Notes under the pieces: model-generated
Told to the model about the DNA's origin: nothing
The model's database searches: none
What the model saw: only the letters and a program-made list of their open reading frames with translations
Part shown: one piece after another, positions 47,146 to 58,234 of the stretch
Layout: every line of letters begins with the position of its first letter
Numbering within the stretch: the stretch's first letter is position 1
Assembly (NCBI GenBank): GCA_002269645.1
Contig: NIVC01000875.1
Location: 1-64,000, forward strand
Reading direction: 5' to 3'
Source of the DNA: Macrostomum lignano
Taxonomy: Eukaryota
Length of the DNA stretch: 64,000 bases
Position numbers and translations under genes: made by a program

Positions 47146-47420
47146 TTTTGGTACCCCAATCGCTATCGCCCCGCGCTAGTACCCCTCTAATACAAAATCC
47201 TGGCTACACCCCTATTCGAGTACATGAACTTCTGTCCAAGCGGCTCTAGCCGCTCAAAAATCACTCATTCAATGAGTTTTGTTGACAGTTACAGTAAAAT
47301 GATTCTTCCAGTTGCCAATCTGTCCCTTTTAGACAGATAAAGTTAAAGTCTGGGCTTAGACAGGAGCGCTTTGAAGTGAACTTGGATTCACGTTTTTGTT
47401 GTTTTGCACTGCGTCGATAT

Positions 47421-47748
47421 GGGGGTTGTAGCCCAGTGGTGAAAGCGTCCGACTAATGGCTTGTAGGTTGGGGGTTCGATTCTCGACCCACTCGGGACAA
47501 TTTGTGTCCTTGAGCAAGACACTTAACTCTGCATTTCTTCAGTTCACCCAGCTGCAAAATGGGTGCCAGCATTAGCTGAGGTAATTGAGGGTGTATGTGG
47601 AGACCCAACAGTCCTTGGACTGAACAGCCGTACGCAGCCTTCAGAGGCGCCGCGCAATAGCTGCAGCTGAGCTGTCGGTTGCCCATCTGCCCATTAGGCT
47701 GGAGTTGTTATTATTATTAATATTATAATTATGATTGTTATTATTATT
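47421..47748 (+). mobile_element. tRNA-derived CORE-like SINE, copy 3 (apparently full length)
   Basis: GGGGGTTGTAGCCCAGTGGTGAAAGCG (A box), GGTTCGATTC (B box), CCTTGAGCAAGACACTTAAC...TTCAGTTCACCCAGCTGCAAAATGGGTGCC, and a TTA-rich tail. Confidence 0.9.
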
Positions 47749-47778
47749 GCATGCGTGCTGTGCTAAAAATGGATGGAT

Positions 47779-48096
47779 TTAAGCCTCAGTTGCATTTGTC
47801 GCTATAGCTCTTATTTCCTTGTAAAAGTACATTCGCACTTTCAGAATCTGCTCGACCCCAATCAAGGAATGGCATACGCTATACAGCAGGCTGGAGTTCT
47901 TTGTGGTGTCTACACTGTGCATAGGCAGTAGACAATTGCTTTTGTGTGAGGGTGATGGCAGACTGAAGTGTGTGTTAATCAGAACGTCATCGTTGAAGTA
48001 CTCGAAGTGTACCGCCAAGTTTTCGACCGTTTGCAGCAGCGTTGAGTACCGTGGGAGTTGCGTGTATCTTTCGATTTTTGTTCGGGGGCCAGTCAA
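47779..48096 (-). pseudogene. Degenerate Stealth-family (hexose-1-phosphate transferase, CR2-like) fragment
   Basis: LPRYST..LQTVENLAVHFEYFNDDVLI resembles Stealth CR2 (LPTFNS..LHRIPGLSEHFLYFNDDVF); no intact gene model found. Confidence 0.45.
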
Positions 48097-49639
48097 GTAT
48101 GTCGAATTGAAGATTGACTTTGAGCTTGATAAACAATTTCCTAGCTGACTTCTTTAGCTTGTGCGGTTGGTCTCTTTTTTTAACGAGCAAAATGCACTTT
48201 AATATCTAAGGTTTGAGTTTTAAGTACACATAGGGAAGTTAATGGCTGGTACATCTATAGTAGGCACAGTTTATGGTCTCGTATGTTTTTCTCCAATATT
48301 CATTCGTATATTAGGCCCGATTCAAGTTGTAAGCATACTGTCAAGGTTTTCTTACTTGTTTTTCACAAGACCTGCATGAAACTTTACGGCGGATTTACAT
48401 CAAACTCTGCTGATGTAATTTTTAGATTATAAAGCTTTTTTAAAGACAGAAAAAAACTGACCGTTATTTTACTAATTAGGTTAAAGAATCTCTCTTAATT
48501 ATGAGTGTTTGATTATATGATTGTTCCTATACGTTTTTATTATTACAGAATGTACTTTAAATCACACGCATTATAGTTTGCTACACACATGCTACAGTAG
48601 TATTTTTGTAAAGCACATTAGCTGCATCGCTGCATCTTCATAAATCTATGTAATGCTGCTGCATCGGATGACCGCATGAGTTTCCGGCTTGTAAATCTCC
48701 TCAGGATTTAGGCAGGAGCGATCGCAGCTCAGCACTTCTGCAGGGAAAAAAATCCAAAGAGAGATCATCCTCATCTCAAAGCTACTCGTGTACGAGCGTA
48801 TTCTATGCTCGGAGAGCTGTATCTGTAGTAGTCGCGGGATCTCACAGAGATTTTTGATCTTCTGCATCACGAGTCGCCTCAACATTTAGCAGCGATCTCT
48901 CTTTTGATCTACATCACCATAGTCAGGCTGAAGCACGCATCTACGCGTAGCTTTTGATCGATTTGCTGCTTTTTTAGAAATCTTCTTTTGAGCTAATTTT
49001 ATGCCGAGGATGGACGATTGAAGTGTGTGTAGAATGTTGCTGCTATAATAAATTGTATTATGCCTAATACAACTTTTAATCAATAAATTCCTAATGTTTC
49101 ACAATCTGGATTATCTAATTGCATTTTTTGTTCGGTCAATAAAGTTTGGAAAAAGTATCATTAGCTTATGGAAACGCTCAGTATAAAGTTGCGTTTCTAA
49201 ATAGATTTCGCTAGGGTTTGCTTTTGACACATTCATATTGTTGAATAATGTTGATTATTGACCATGCATTCAAAGCAGAGCTTGAATTGGAATCAGCAAT
49301 GTTTGCACTTTTAACAGATAATATGCTGTACGTCATACGAACGTGCATAGCAACGCTGATCACAGAATCGCCCCCAGATAGTTAGAATTGTCTTTGAAGA
49401 CAGGTCGATCTACTGAATTTTACTTGTTAAACTGTACAGCAATCACATACGAGCGTAGCTGGCCAATCTAGTCCGTACACAATGTACAGTATACTGTACA
49501 GCCAAGTCTTTTGTATAGCTTCATTCTTTGGTTGGAAAGGCTTCGCTTAGCAGAGTGTTGAAATGGCAGCGATAGTCCATGGCTGAGTTCGACAAGATTT
49601 CCTAACTTAAAAGGCAGATTTAGAATCTAGCTCGTGGCT

Positions 49640-49835
49640 GCGAGGTAGACGAGTGAGGAGAGAGGAGAGGAGAGAGAGAGAAGGGAGAGAAGAGATTAGA
49701 GAATGGAGAAGAGAGGAGAGGAGAAAGAAGAGAGGAGAAAGAGGAGAGAGAAGAGACGTTTCAAAGGACCCGAGGCCCGGATAGAGAGGCTTCGCGGGCC
49801 GCATGTGGCCCATGGGTTGGAGTTTTCCGACCCCT
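49640..49835. repeat. GA-rich low-complexity tract followed by a hAT/Charlie-like terminal remnant
   Basis: (GA)-rich at 49650-49755; GCGGGCCGCATGTGGCCC...TTTTCCGACCCCT resembles hAT MITE 3' ends; no partner end found. Confidence 0.45.
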
Positions 49836-50042
49836 ATAGTCTATGCAGGCCATCCCTGCTGACTGGGGGCCAGCAGAAACTGATCCTTTAATGTCTTTTC
49901 AGACATCGGCTTGATGAGGTTAAAAACTTTAGCCTAGACTTAAGCCTTGAAGAGGTTAGGCAATTTCATATAGACACGATTTAATTTTCCAGCTTCGATC
50001 AAATCACTTTTTTTGCGGCAATCGCATCATCTTGAACTCCCT

Positions 50043-51806
50043 CTAGTTCGCGCATCCGATCCGCACCAAGATGCTGGAAATCTCATCGTCCAGATATTTC
50101 TCGTCCATGAACTCCACCGCCTGACGCAGCCGACGTTTCAGCGGCAATCGAGCCACCGACCCGGCAAAGTTGCCTGTCGACTTCGACAGAGCGGCTAGGC
50201 AGTCCAGAAGCCGCTTGCGCACGGCATTCCTGGCTAGAATTGCCAAACGGATCGGCTGCTTGTTGCAGAACCGTTTGAAACGTCGATGAGCTGACGACAA
50301 AGCGTTGAAATCGGCCCAGTCAATAGCCGGGGCATCGGGCCTGCCCTTGATGACAGCGTAGTAGCGCCAGAACAATCGCGTACAGCTCGTTGCCGAGTCG
50401 GCCAACTCGAAGACACTGTCTGGCAGGCTCACGCCGTCGCCGTAGATGGCGTTCAACAGTAGGCAGAGCAGCAGACGAAGCCGACGACTGGAGCGAAGCT
50501 CGCGTACACTGGCGGAGTCAGTGAGGTAGCAGAGCAGCAAGTGGTACATGGACAGCTGCCTACCAATCAGACTGGGACAGCAGGCTCTGTGCAGTGATGG
50601 CAGTTCGCTTGGTGCCTGGGTGGGTTAATTTGATTTGCTGGTGTTAATTGCGCCCTCTAGCGTACGGACGACAGAATAAAAATGAAATAAAAACTTGAGG
50701 ATGCGGGCGATTTAATTGGTGCAGGTTAAGAAGGATATGCCGCATATTATTTACGTGTACGAGTTACCATCTTAAGTCTACAACCCTGCTAACCATGAAC
50801 CATCCTCTGTAATTGATGATAAATGAAGATAAAAACTGGGAATTTCATGTTGAATGTCTGCAATCTCTCAAGCGGAGGTTGGTGGTGGATTAAGCTGGCT
50901 TTGACCGATGTCTAAACTGTATCCAGTCAAGAAACGGTATAGGAAATGAAGCTTACCTGCCAGCAGTCTCGGTACCGCATCGACATGCCGTGCTGTGCCA
51001 GGCATTTCAGCGCTGCCAATGCGCACCTGTGCAGCGCCGTGCTCGCCTCGATTCGATGCACTGCGGCGCCGTTCCGGTAGACCAGATCGAGCATGGCGGC
51101 GTGGCACAGGCGCTGGAGCAACTGCTGGGGCAGACGGATCTGGTTGGCTCCGCTATGTCGCACGGTGAGCCGCAACAGCTCAAGCAGCTCGCACTCGGTC
51201 AGGTGACTCGGACAGTACTGCGCCTGGGTCAGCGACCAGACCAGCAGCTCCAGCGCGTTGCCAAAATCTCGCGTACTGCAGCGTCGAGTACCGCTGAGCC
51301 TGGCCGAGAACGATGAAGCCACCAGCATCCGTTGTTGAGCCTCGGGATGCGACGCGGCGCTCTGGACAAGCCGTTTAAAAGTGTCCCACTGGTGAAACTG
51401 GACCGCCAAGGCTAGAGGAGTCTGCGAGTAGCTGATCTGAATGCCGAACGTGGTCCGACCCCGGTAGTCCAGGTACAGCTGCGACCGGACAAGTTGCTCT
51501 GTTTGTTGCTGCCCAGTTAGACTTGACTCGTTTAGCAACTCGGGACTGCATGCAGATGAAGAATCAATTACTCAACCGCAAACATATTAAAAAATATGAT
51601 TCAATCTTAAGGGTCTTTTAATTGCCAACATACCCATCGTACGAGTTGATTCTCGATATATCAGGCCGCGCTCTCGATTTTCGTTCCAACAGTCGCTGGG
51701 CGACTTCGCTCTCGCCAACAACGATGGCCCAGTGCAGGGCTGACAGCCTGACATGCTGCTCGCTGCCCGAGCTCTCCTGGGACACAGCCGGATGTCTCTG
51801 TCCCAT
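50043..51806 (-). CDS. Ankyrin-repeat and SOCS-box-like protein; exons 51806-51634, 51545-50957, 50615-50043 (444 aa)
   Basis: Ankyrin-like LSALHWAIVVGESEVAQRLL, QTPLALAV and STALHRCAL; C-terminal RLAILARNAVRKRL...VARLPLKRRLRQAV fits a SOCS box; in-phase GT-AG introns. Confidence 0.72.
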
Positions 51807-52329
51807 GCCGCTCTCAGACTAGACTCTAAGCTCACTCGTTATGCTCTAGCTGCATGTATCCAATATTATCTTTTTCCTCTCCCTATATTTATGGCTTGGA
51901 CAAATCTGCAAGTAAACAGGGAGTGGCCACACCCAATCAGGTTACGAGGCTCATGCTGACAAACCCCAGCCCCACAGACTGACTGACAGTGTAGCTTAGA
52001 AAGTACAGAATTACTGCAGTCAAGCTTATGAATTCTCTTTTGTAGGTTCCCTCTTAATCCAGCTTAAATCGGTTCCTGACTAAAAAAATCTAAATGAATT
52101 CGTTAAATAAATTCTTTGCTGCACGGTCGGAGCAACAGAAGAGTAGCGCATAGGTTGATTGATGCCTCAACTGAATTTTTACACTGCAGCACAGAGCGAG
52201 ACATGCCCTGAAGACCGAATCGTTTGCTTGATTCTGCTTGATTCTGTTTGAACTACGAGCGTAATCCTGCCATTTGATTTTGACCATGGTAAGGGTGTTA
52301 CTAGTTCGCTAGAGAATAAAATTAATTGC

Positions 52330-53455
52330 CAGACACAATCTGGAGACACAGTCTGGAGACACAATCTGGAGACACAATTTGGAGACAAAACTTGAAGACA
52401 CAAGCTATTGAAACAATCTGAAGACGCCATCTGGAGACACAGTATAGAGACGCCGTTTGAAGACACAATCTGGAGACACAATCTAGAGGCACAATCTGGA
52501 GACACAATCTGAAGACACACCCTGAAGATATATAATCTATAGACAGAATCTGGAGACACAATCTGGGAGCACAAACTGAAGATAAAATCTGGGAACACAA
52601 ACTGAAGACACAATCTGAAGACACAATCTGAAGACACAATCTGAAGACATAATCTGAAGACACACTTTGAAGATACAATCTATAGACACAATCTGGAGAC
52701 ACAATCTGGGAACACAAACTGAAGACACAATCTGAAGACACAATCTGAAGACATAATCTGAAGACACACTCTGAAGATACAATCTATAGACACAATCTGG
52801 AGACACAATCTGGGAACACAATCTGAAGACACAATCTGAAGACACACTCTGTAGACACAATCTGAAGACATAATCTGAAGACACAATCTGAAGATATATA
52901 ATCTATAGACAGAATCTGGAGACACAATCTAGGAGCACAAACTGAAGATAAAATCTGGGAACACAAACTGAAGACACAATCTGAAGACACAATCTGAAGA
53001 CACACTCTGTAGACACAATCTGGGAACACAATCTGAAGATACAATCTATAGACACAATCTGGAGACACAATCTGGGAACACAATCTGAAGATAAAATCTG
53101 GGAACACAATCTGAAGATACAATCTATAGACACAATCTGGAGACACAATCTGGGAACACAATCTGAAGACACAATCTGAAGACACACTCTGTAGATACAA
53201 TCTGAAGACACAATCTGAAGACACAATCTGAAGACACAATCTGGAGACACAATCTGAAGACACAATCTCTGAAGACACAATCTGGAGACACAATCTGGGA
53301 ACACAATCTGAAGACACAATCTGAAGACACACTCTGTAGATACAATCTGAAGACACAATCTGGAGACACAATCTGGAGACACAATCTGGGAACACAATCT
53401 GAAGACAAAATCTGAAGACACAATCTGAAGACACAATCTGGGAACACAATCTGGG
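52330..53455. repeat. Degenerate ~13-bp satellite GACACAATCTG(A/G)A
   Basis: Direct inspection. Confidence 0.95.
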
Positions 53456-53679
53456 AACTAAAGTCGCGGAATTGATAATGCGCGATGAGAAACCAATGTA
53501 CTGGGCTGGGACAGCGACCCTGGCATCAACATGAAATGAGAGAGAGAGACGAAAAAATTCAAATATAGACCAGACGGTTGTTTATGAATGAAGCTTGGAA
53601 ATTTTCCAGATAATGGTTAATATCAGTCTGAAATATCGTTGAAGCAGCTTCTTCCGTTTTTTGTTTTTTATCTGCCTCT

Positions 53680-54220
53680 CCGCTCTACCAGATCCTCAAA
53701 TCTGCATCTCCGCTCTGCCAGATCCTCAAATCTGCCTCTCCGCTCTGCCAGATCCTCAAATCTGCCTCTCCGCTCTGCCAGACCCTCAAATCTGCCTCTC
53801 CGCTCTGCTAGATCCTCAAATCTGCCTCTCCGCTCTACCAGATCCTCAGATCTGCCTCTCCGCTCTACCAGATCCTCAAATCTGCCTCTCCGCTCTACCA
53901 GATCCTCAGATCTGCCTCTCCGCTCTACCAGATCCTCAAATCTCCCTCTCCGCTCTACCAGATCCTCAGATCTGCCTCTCCGCTCTACCAGATCCTCAAA
54001 TCTGCCTCTCCGCTCTACCAGATCCTCAGATCTGCCTCTCCGCTCTACCAGATCCTCAAATCTGCCTCTCCGCTCTACCAGATCCTCAGATCTGCCTCTC
54101 CGCTCTACCAGATCCTCAGATCTGCCTCTCCGCTCTACCAGATCCTCAAATCTCCCTCTCCGCTCTACCAGATCCTCAGATTTGCCTCTCCGCTCTACCA
54201 GATCCTCAGATCTGCCTCTC
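53680..54220. repeat. Minisatellite, 30-bp unit CTGCCTCTCCGCTCTACCAGATCCTCA(A/G)AT
   Basis: About 18 copies. Confidence 0.96.
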
Positions 54221-54667
54221 CATTCCCTAAAGTACGGAATGTGTTTAAACTTGCACTGTGAGCAAGTTTCCCAATCCATTATGGTTTCTCACAAATCAGA
54301 TCTTAGATCTATGAACTTTTTATGCAAACAAGACGGCTCCAATTAGAATTTAGGCTCTGTTCTCTATGCGTTTCATGAAGCCTTTCAGATAAGTACAGAA
54401 ATTGCTAGGCTTCGTTCGAGCACCATGGGAAGACGGCATGTGCTCATCCATGGATTTAGAGGGGACAATTTGTAAAAGTTTGAGTGGCCTAGTAACAAAT
54501 TTTCTCGCAACAATGGGAACTCAACTTCTGCAAGATCTGTATTCACTGCATGCATGGTCCTGAGCATTCTTGCTTCTATAAATTAGCTGCAAAAAACGAG
54601 TTCATGTTACTCTGGTAAACTTGCTGCCCTGACAGAAATTGAGACACACGAGGTCACCCACTCGAAC

Positions 54668-57600
54668 ATGATCCACTGCTTTGCGCTCGGTTTGGTGTGG
54701 CTCACAGCTGCAGCCTCTGGTGCTGCCGCCTTCAATACGCCAGTGATTCTGGGTGAGTCAGGTTCAAATGCACGTGAGACATGACATCATGTCTGTTAGA
54801 CGAGATATAGAGCGTCTCGTCTATTGGTCAAATCCTTGTTTACCTGTTAAACATATCCTTGTTACCTGTTAGACATGTCCTTTTTACCTGTTAGACGTAG
54901 CTATCCTTGTTACCTTTTAGACATACATATCGTTGTTACCTAGCTGTTAGACGTATCCTTGTCACCAGTCAGACGTAGCTATCCTTGTTACCTGTGAGAC
55001 ATACAGATCGTTGATACCTGTTAGACATATTCTTGTTACCTGTTAGACATATCCTTGTCACCTGTTAGACACATCCTTGTTACCTGTTAGACACATCCTT
55101 GCCACCTGTTAGACATATCCTTGTCACCTGTTAGACACATCCTTGTTACATGTTAGACACATCCTTGTTACCTGTTAGACACATCCTTGTAACCTGTTAG
55201 ACACATCCTTGTTACATGTTAGACACATCCTTGTTACCTGTTAGACACATCCTTGTAACCTGTTAGACACATCCTTGTTACCTGTTAGACACATCCTTGT
55301 TACCTGTTAGACACATCCTTGTAACCTGTTAGACACATCCTTGTTACATGTTAGACACATCCTTGTTACCTGTTAGACACATCCTTGTAACCTGCTAGAC
55401 ATATCCTTGTTATCCCTCTCACAGTGCCAGGCGATGGCGGCAACCAGCTGTGGGCGAACCTGAACGGTGCCAACAACCACTGGTACTGCGAGAGGAACAC
55501 GGACAAACCGGTGATGGCTTGGCTCGACCTAATTAACCTGGCCTACCCTGCGGTGCACTGTCTGGCTTACAAACTGGAGTGAGTCAATTTTTATTTCAAT
55601 CGCAGGTTCTCGGAGTTCGGAGTTTATTTCTCGGAGTTCATGAAACTTTTTCTTGCTTTTCTCTCTCCAGTAGCTTTTCATGAAATCATAGCTTGATAAC
55701 ATTGAGTGCGTCTCCATCAAACAAGCACATATACTTGTGTTTCATTTGGAAACTGGAAGCATGTCCAATCGCACCTTATGACAATGCATGCAAATATCCA
55801 ACACACATCTTGAGCAGAATGAAGTTCGACCCCAACACTGGTCGGTCACGTGACAATGACGGAGTGAGCATCGTGGTCCCGGGCTTCGGCGAGACCGAGA
55901 CGGTCGAATGGCTATCGGACGTTAAGATTGAGCAGAGTAAAACTATTCTTGTTTAGCGATCTGGTTTATTTAAATAATTCTCTATAGAACTGTAGTTGAT
56001 TCATACCTGCATGTACTTACCTTAATCATTTAGCCGGCTATTACAACAAGCTGGTGGATCACCTGGTCAATAAGCTAGGCTACCGTCGCGGCGTCGACAT
56101 TGTCGGTGCTCCGTTCGACTTCCGGAGGGCTCCCAGTGAGGCTTTAGAATTGTTTTTTGCTAGCTCGCATTTTATGACAATTTAGTGATTAATAAAGGAA
56201 ATGATCGGCCCACAGAATCCAATGATCGGTACACATAATCCAACGATCGGTACACAGAATCCAACGATCGGTACACAGGATCAAATGATCGGTACACAGA
56301 ATCCAATGATCTGTACACATAATCCGGCCAATGCTATGTACACATAATCCAATGATCTGTACACAAAATCCAATGACCTGTACACAGAATGGGGTCATCT
56401 GTACTCATAATTCAATGTTTTTACCTACGCCACAAGTTACGTGCACCGGACCCGATCGATAACCCGCAGACGAGATGTCCGAGTACTTCGTACAGCTGGG
56501 CGCCCTAATCGAGCGCTCCTACGCAGCCAACGGCAACAAGCCCGTCGTGATTGTCGGTCACAGCCTTGGCTGCAAGGTCATCCTGCACTTTTTGCACAGC
56601 CGCAGCCAGGCATGGAAGGACAAGTACGTCAAGGACTTTGTCGCAGCCGCTGGTCCGTTTGGCGGCTCGGCCTCATCTGTGCTCGCCTCAGTGTCTGGTG
56701 AGACTCTGCTCTCTAGGGCTCTGCTGCTTAATGCCATCCAAATTCAAGACTAGAACACTGCACGAAAATTGGCTAAGGGGTTGTCCTCTGAATCACACCC
56801 ATGAAGGCCAACCCCCAAGGCACTGAGTGTGTACATCAACTGACGATAAGAAAGTCAGAGCCGCTGTACACCCTGTGGGAGCGTGGGAGCGGGAGCGTGG
56901 GAGTACAGTATTGGAGCGCTTGTAGTCAGCGGAATGGGTAGAATTGCCGTCAGTTCCAGGAAACTTGGAAAATTTCAGTCGTTAGTGACCTGGAGCTTCT
57001 ACACATGCGTCTAAAAAGTGAAATCGGAATTTTAAAAACGTCATGGCCGGCTTCTCAGTCTTCAATCTTCGTTAGCTGGTCTTTACCACTGAGCTAGTTA
57101 TCGCATTTTACACATAAAAGTCTCGATTTTACATTCCATTTACGTTACTCGTTAGTAGACCATCGCTTATTCTCTGGAACACTTGTGACACTTGGGAATT
57201 GGATGACGCAACTAACGAAGTAACTGCCAAGTTTAAGATCAGAGCGCCCTGGTGCTGGCGTCCCTGGATGGTCCTGGCGCCTCCCTCAAGTGCAAGGCAT
57301 CCTTACTTCTGATTTGACACGTGCAGCTCAAACTAATGATCCTAATTGTACGAGTAAGATCAGACACACTGATTAACAGACTAGTCTGAAACCTGCTTTA
57401 AACTCCCTTCGAATTCAGGCTACAACCTTGGCCTGGGCTTCATCCGGCCTCTGTGGTTCCGTGACGCGCAGCGCAGCTGGCCCAGCACCTACTACCTCTA
57501 CCCGTCCGGCCTCGTGTTCGAGGAATCCCTGGCCATCGTTGAGACCAAGCAGCGCAAGTACACCCTGGCCGAGGAAGACATCCGCGACCTGTACCAGGAC

Positions 57601-57948
57601 ATCGGCTATCCCCATGGCTACCGGCACTTCAAGGCTCTGGGAAACCTCACCGATCAGACCCTGCCACCGGGCGTGCGCACCCACTGTGTGTTCGGCCACG
57701 GCTTGAAGACGGCGCACCAGTTCCGCTGGACCAACGGGCGTCAGTTTCCTGACCAGCAGCCGGATATTGTCTACAGCGACGGCGACGGAACGGTGAACAT
57801 CCGCAGTCTGGATGTCTGCGTCAACTGGTCCGGCAAGCAAGCGCAGCCGGTTGCCTCGGTGCCAGTCGCTGGAGCCGAGCACGTGAAGCTGCTGACCTAC
57901 TCCGAGTTCATCGACGTGGTCGAGCGGGCGGCCTCCGGCAGTGACTGA
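54668..57948 (+). CDS. PLA2G15: Lysosomal phospholipase A2 (group XV)/LCAT-family; exons 54668-54752, 55425-55578, 55818-55936, 56034-56135, 56470-56697, 57419-57948 (405 aa)
   Basis: Signal peptide, PVILVPGDGGNQL, VVPGFGET, GAPFDFRRAP, nucleophile GHSLG, DGDGTV and EH catalytic triad; all exon phases are consistent. Confidence 0.92.
54790..55410. repeat. Minisatellite, 22-bp unit ACACATCCTTGTTACCTGTTAG (PLA2G15 intron 1)
   Basis: About 26 copies. Confidence 0.95.
56200..56390. repeat. Short minisatellite, ~22-bp unit GATCGGTACACAGAATCCAAT (PLA2G15 intron 4)
   Basis: About 8 copies. Confidence 0.85.
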
Positions 57949-58234
57949 GCAGCTGAGTGGCTCACATGTCAAACATTTTGTGCAGTATTGAATTGGAGTG
58001 CAGCGAAAATTAAATAGATAAGTAAACAATGAATGGCTCTAAATATTCAAAGAGCATCGCCCAGGAGTTCATCACAGATGCCTTTCTTTGGTTGTCACTT
58101 CAATCACATCCTTTGAGCTTCGACACTGATGGTGAAACCACACAGCAGCTTACGCGTGCTTTATAAGTTTAGAAAAAATATTTTGCAAGTTCTTTTTCGG
58201 TTAAATGTCAATTAAACGCTTGGTAAAGACTGCT

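Noticed and set aside
47421-47495. tRNA gene
   Set aside because: It has A and B boxes but no proper cloverleaf, and it continues into a shared SINE body, so it is a SINE head.
52179-54346. Cys/Leu/Ser-rich and RRGRSEDLVE-type ORFs
   Set aside because: They are translations of the 13-bp and 30-bp satellites.
56857-56875. 18-bp match AGAGCCGCTGTACACCCT, inverted at ~38186-38203
   Set aside because: It is too short and too distant to define an element; possibly ends of a dispersed repeat family.
57415-58029. 204-aa minus-strand ORF, and 62233..62751 (172 aa)
   Set aside because: They are antisense to the PLA2G15 last exon and the WSC exon.
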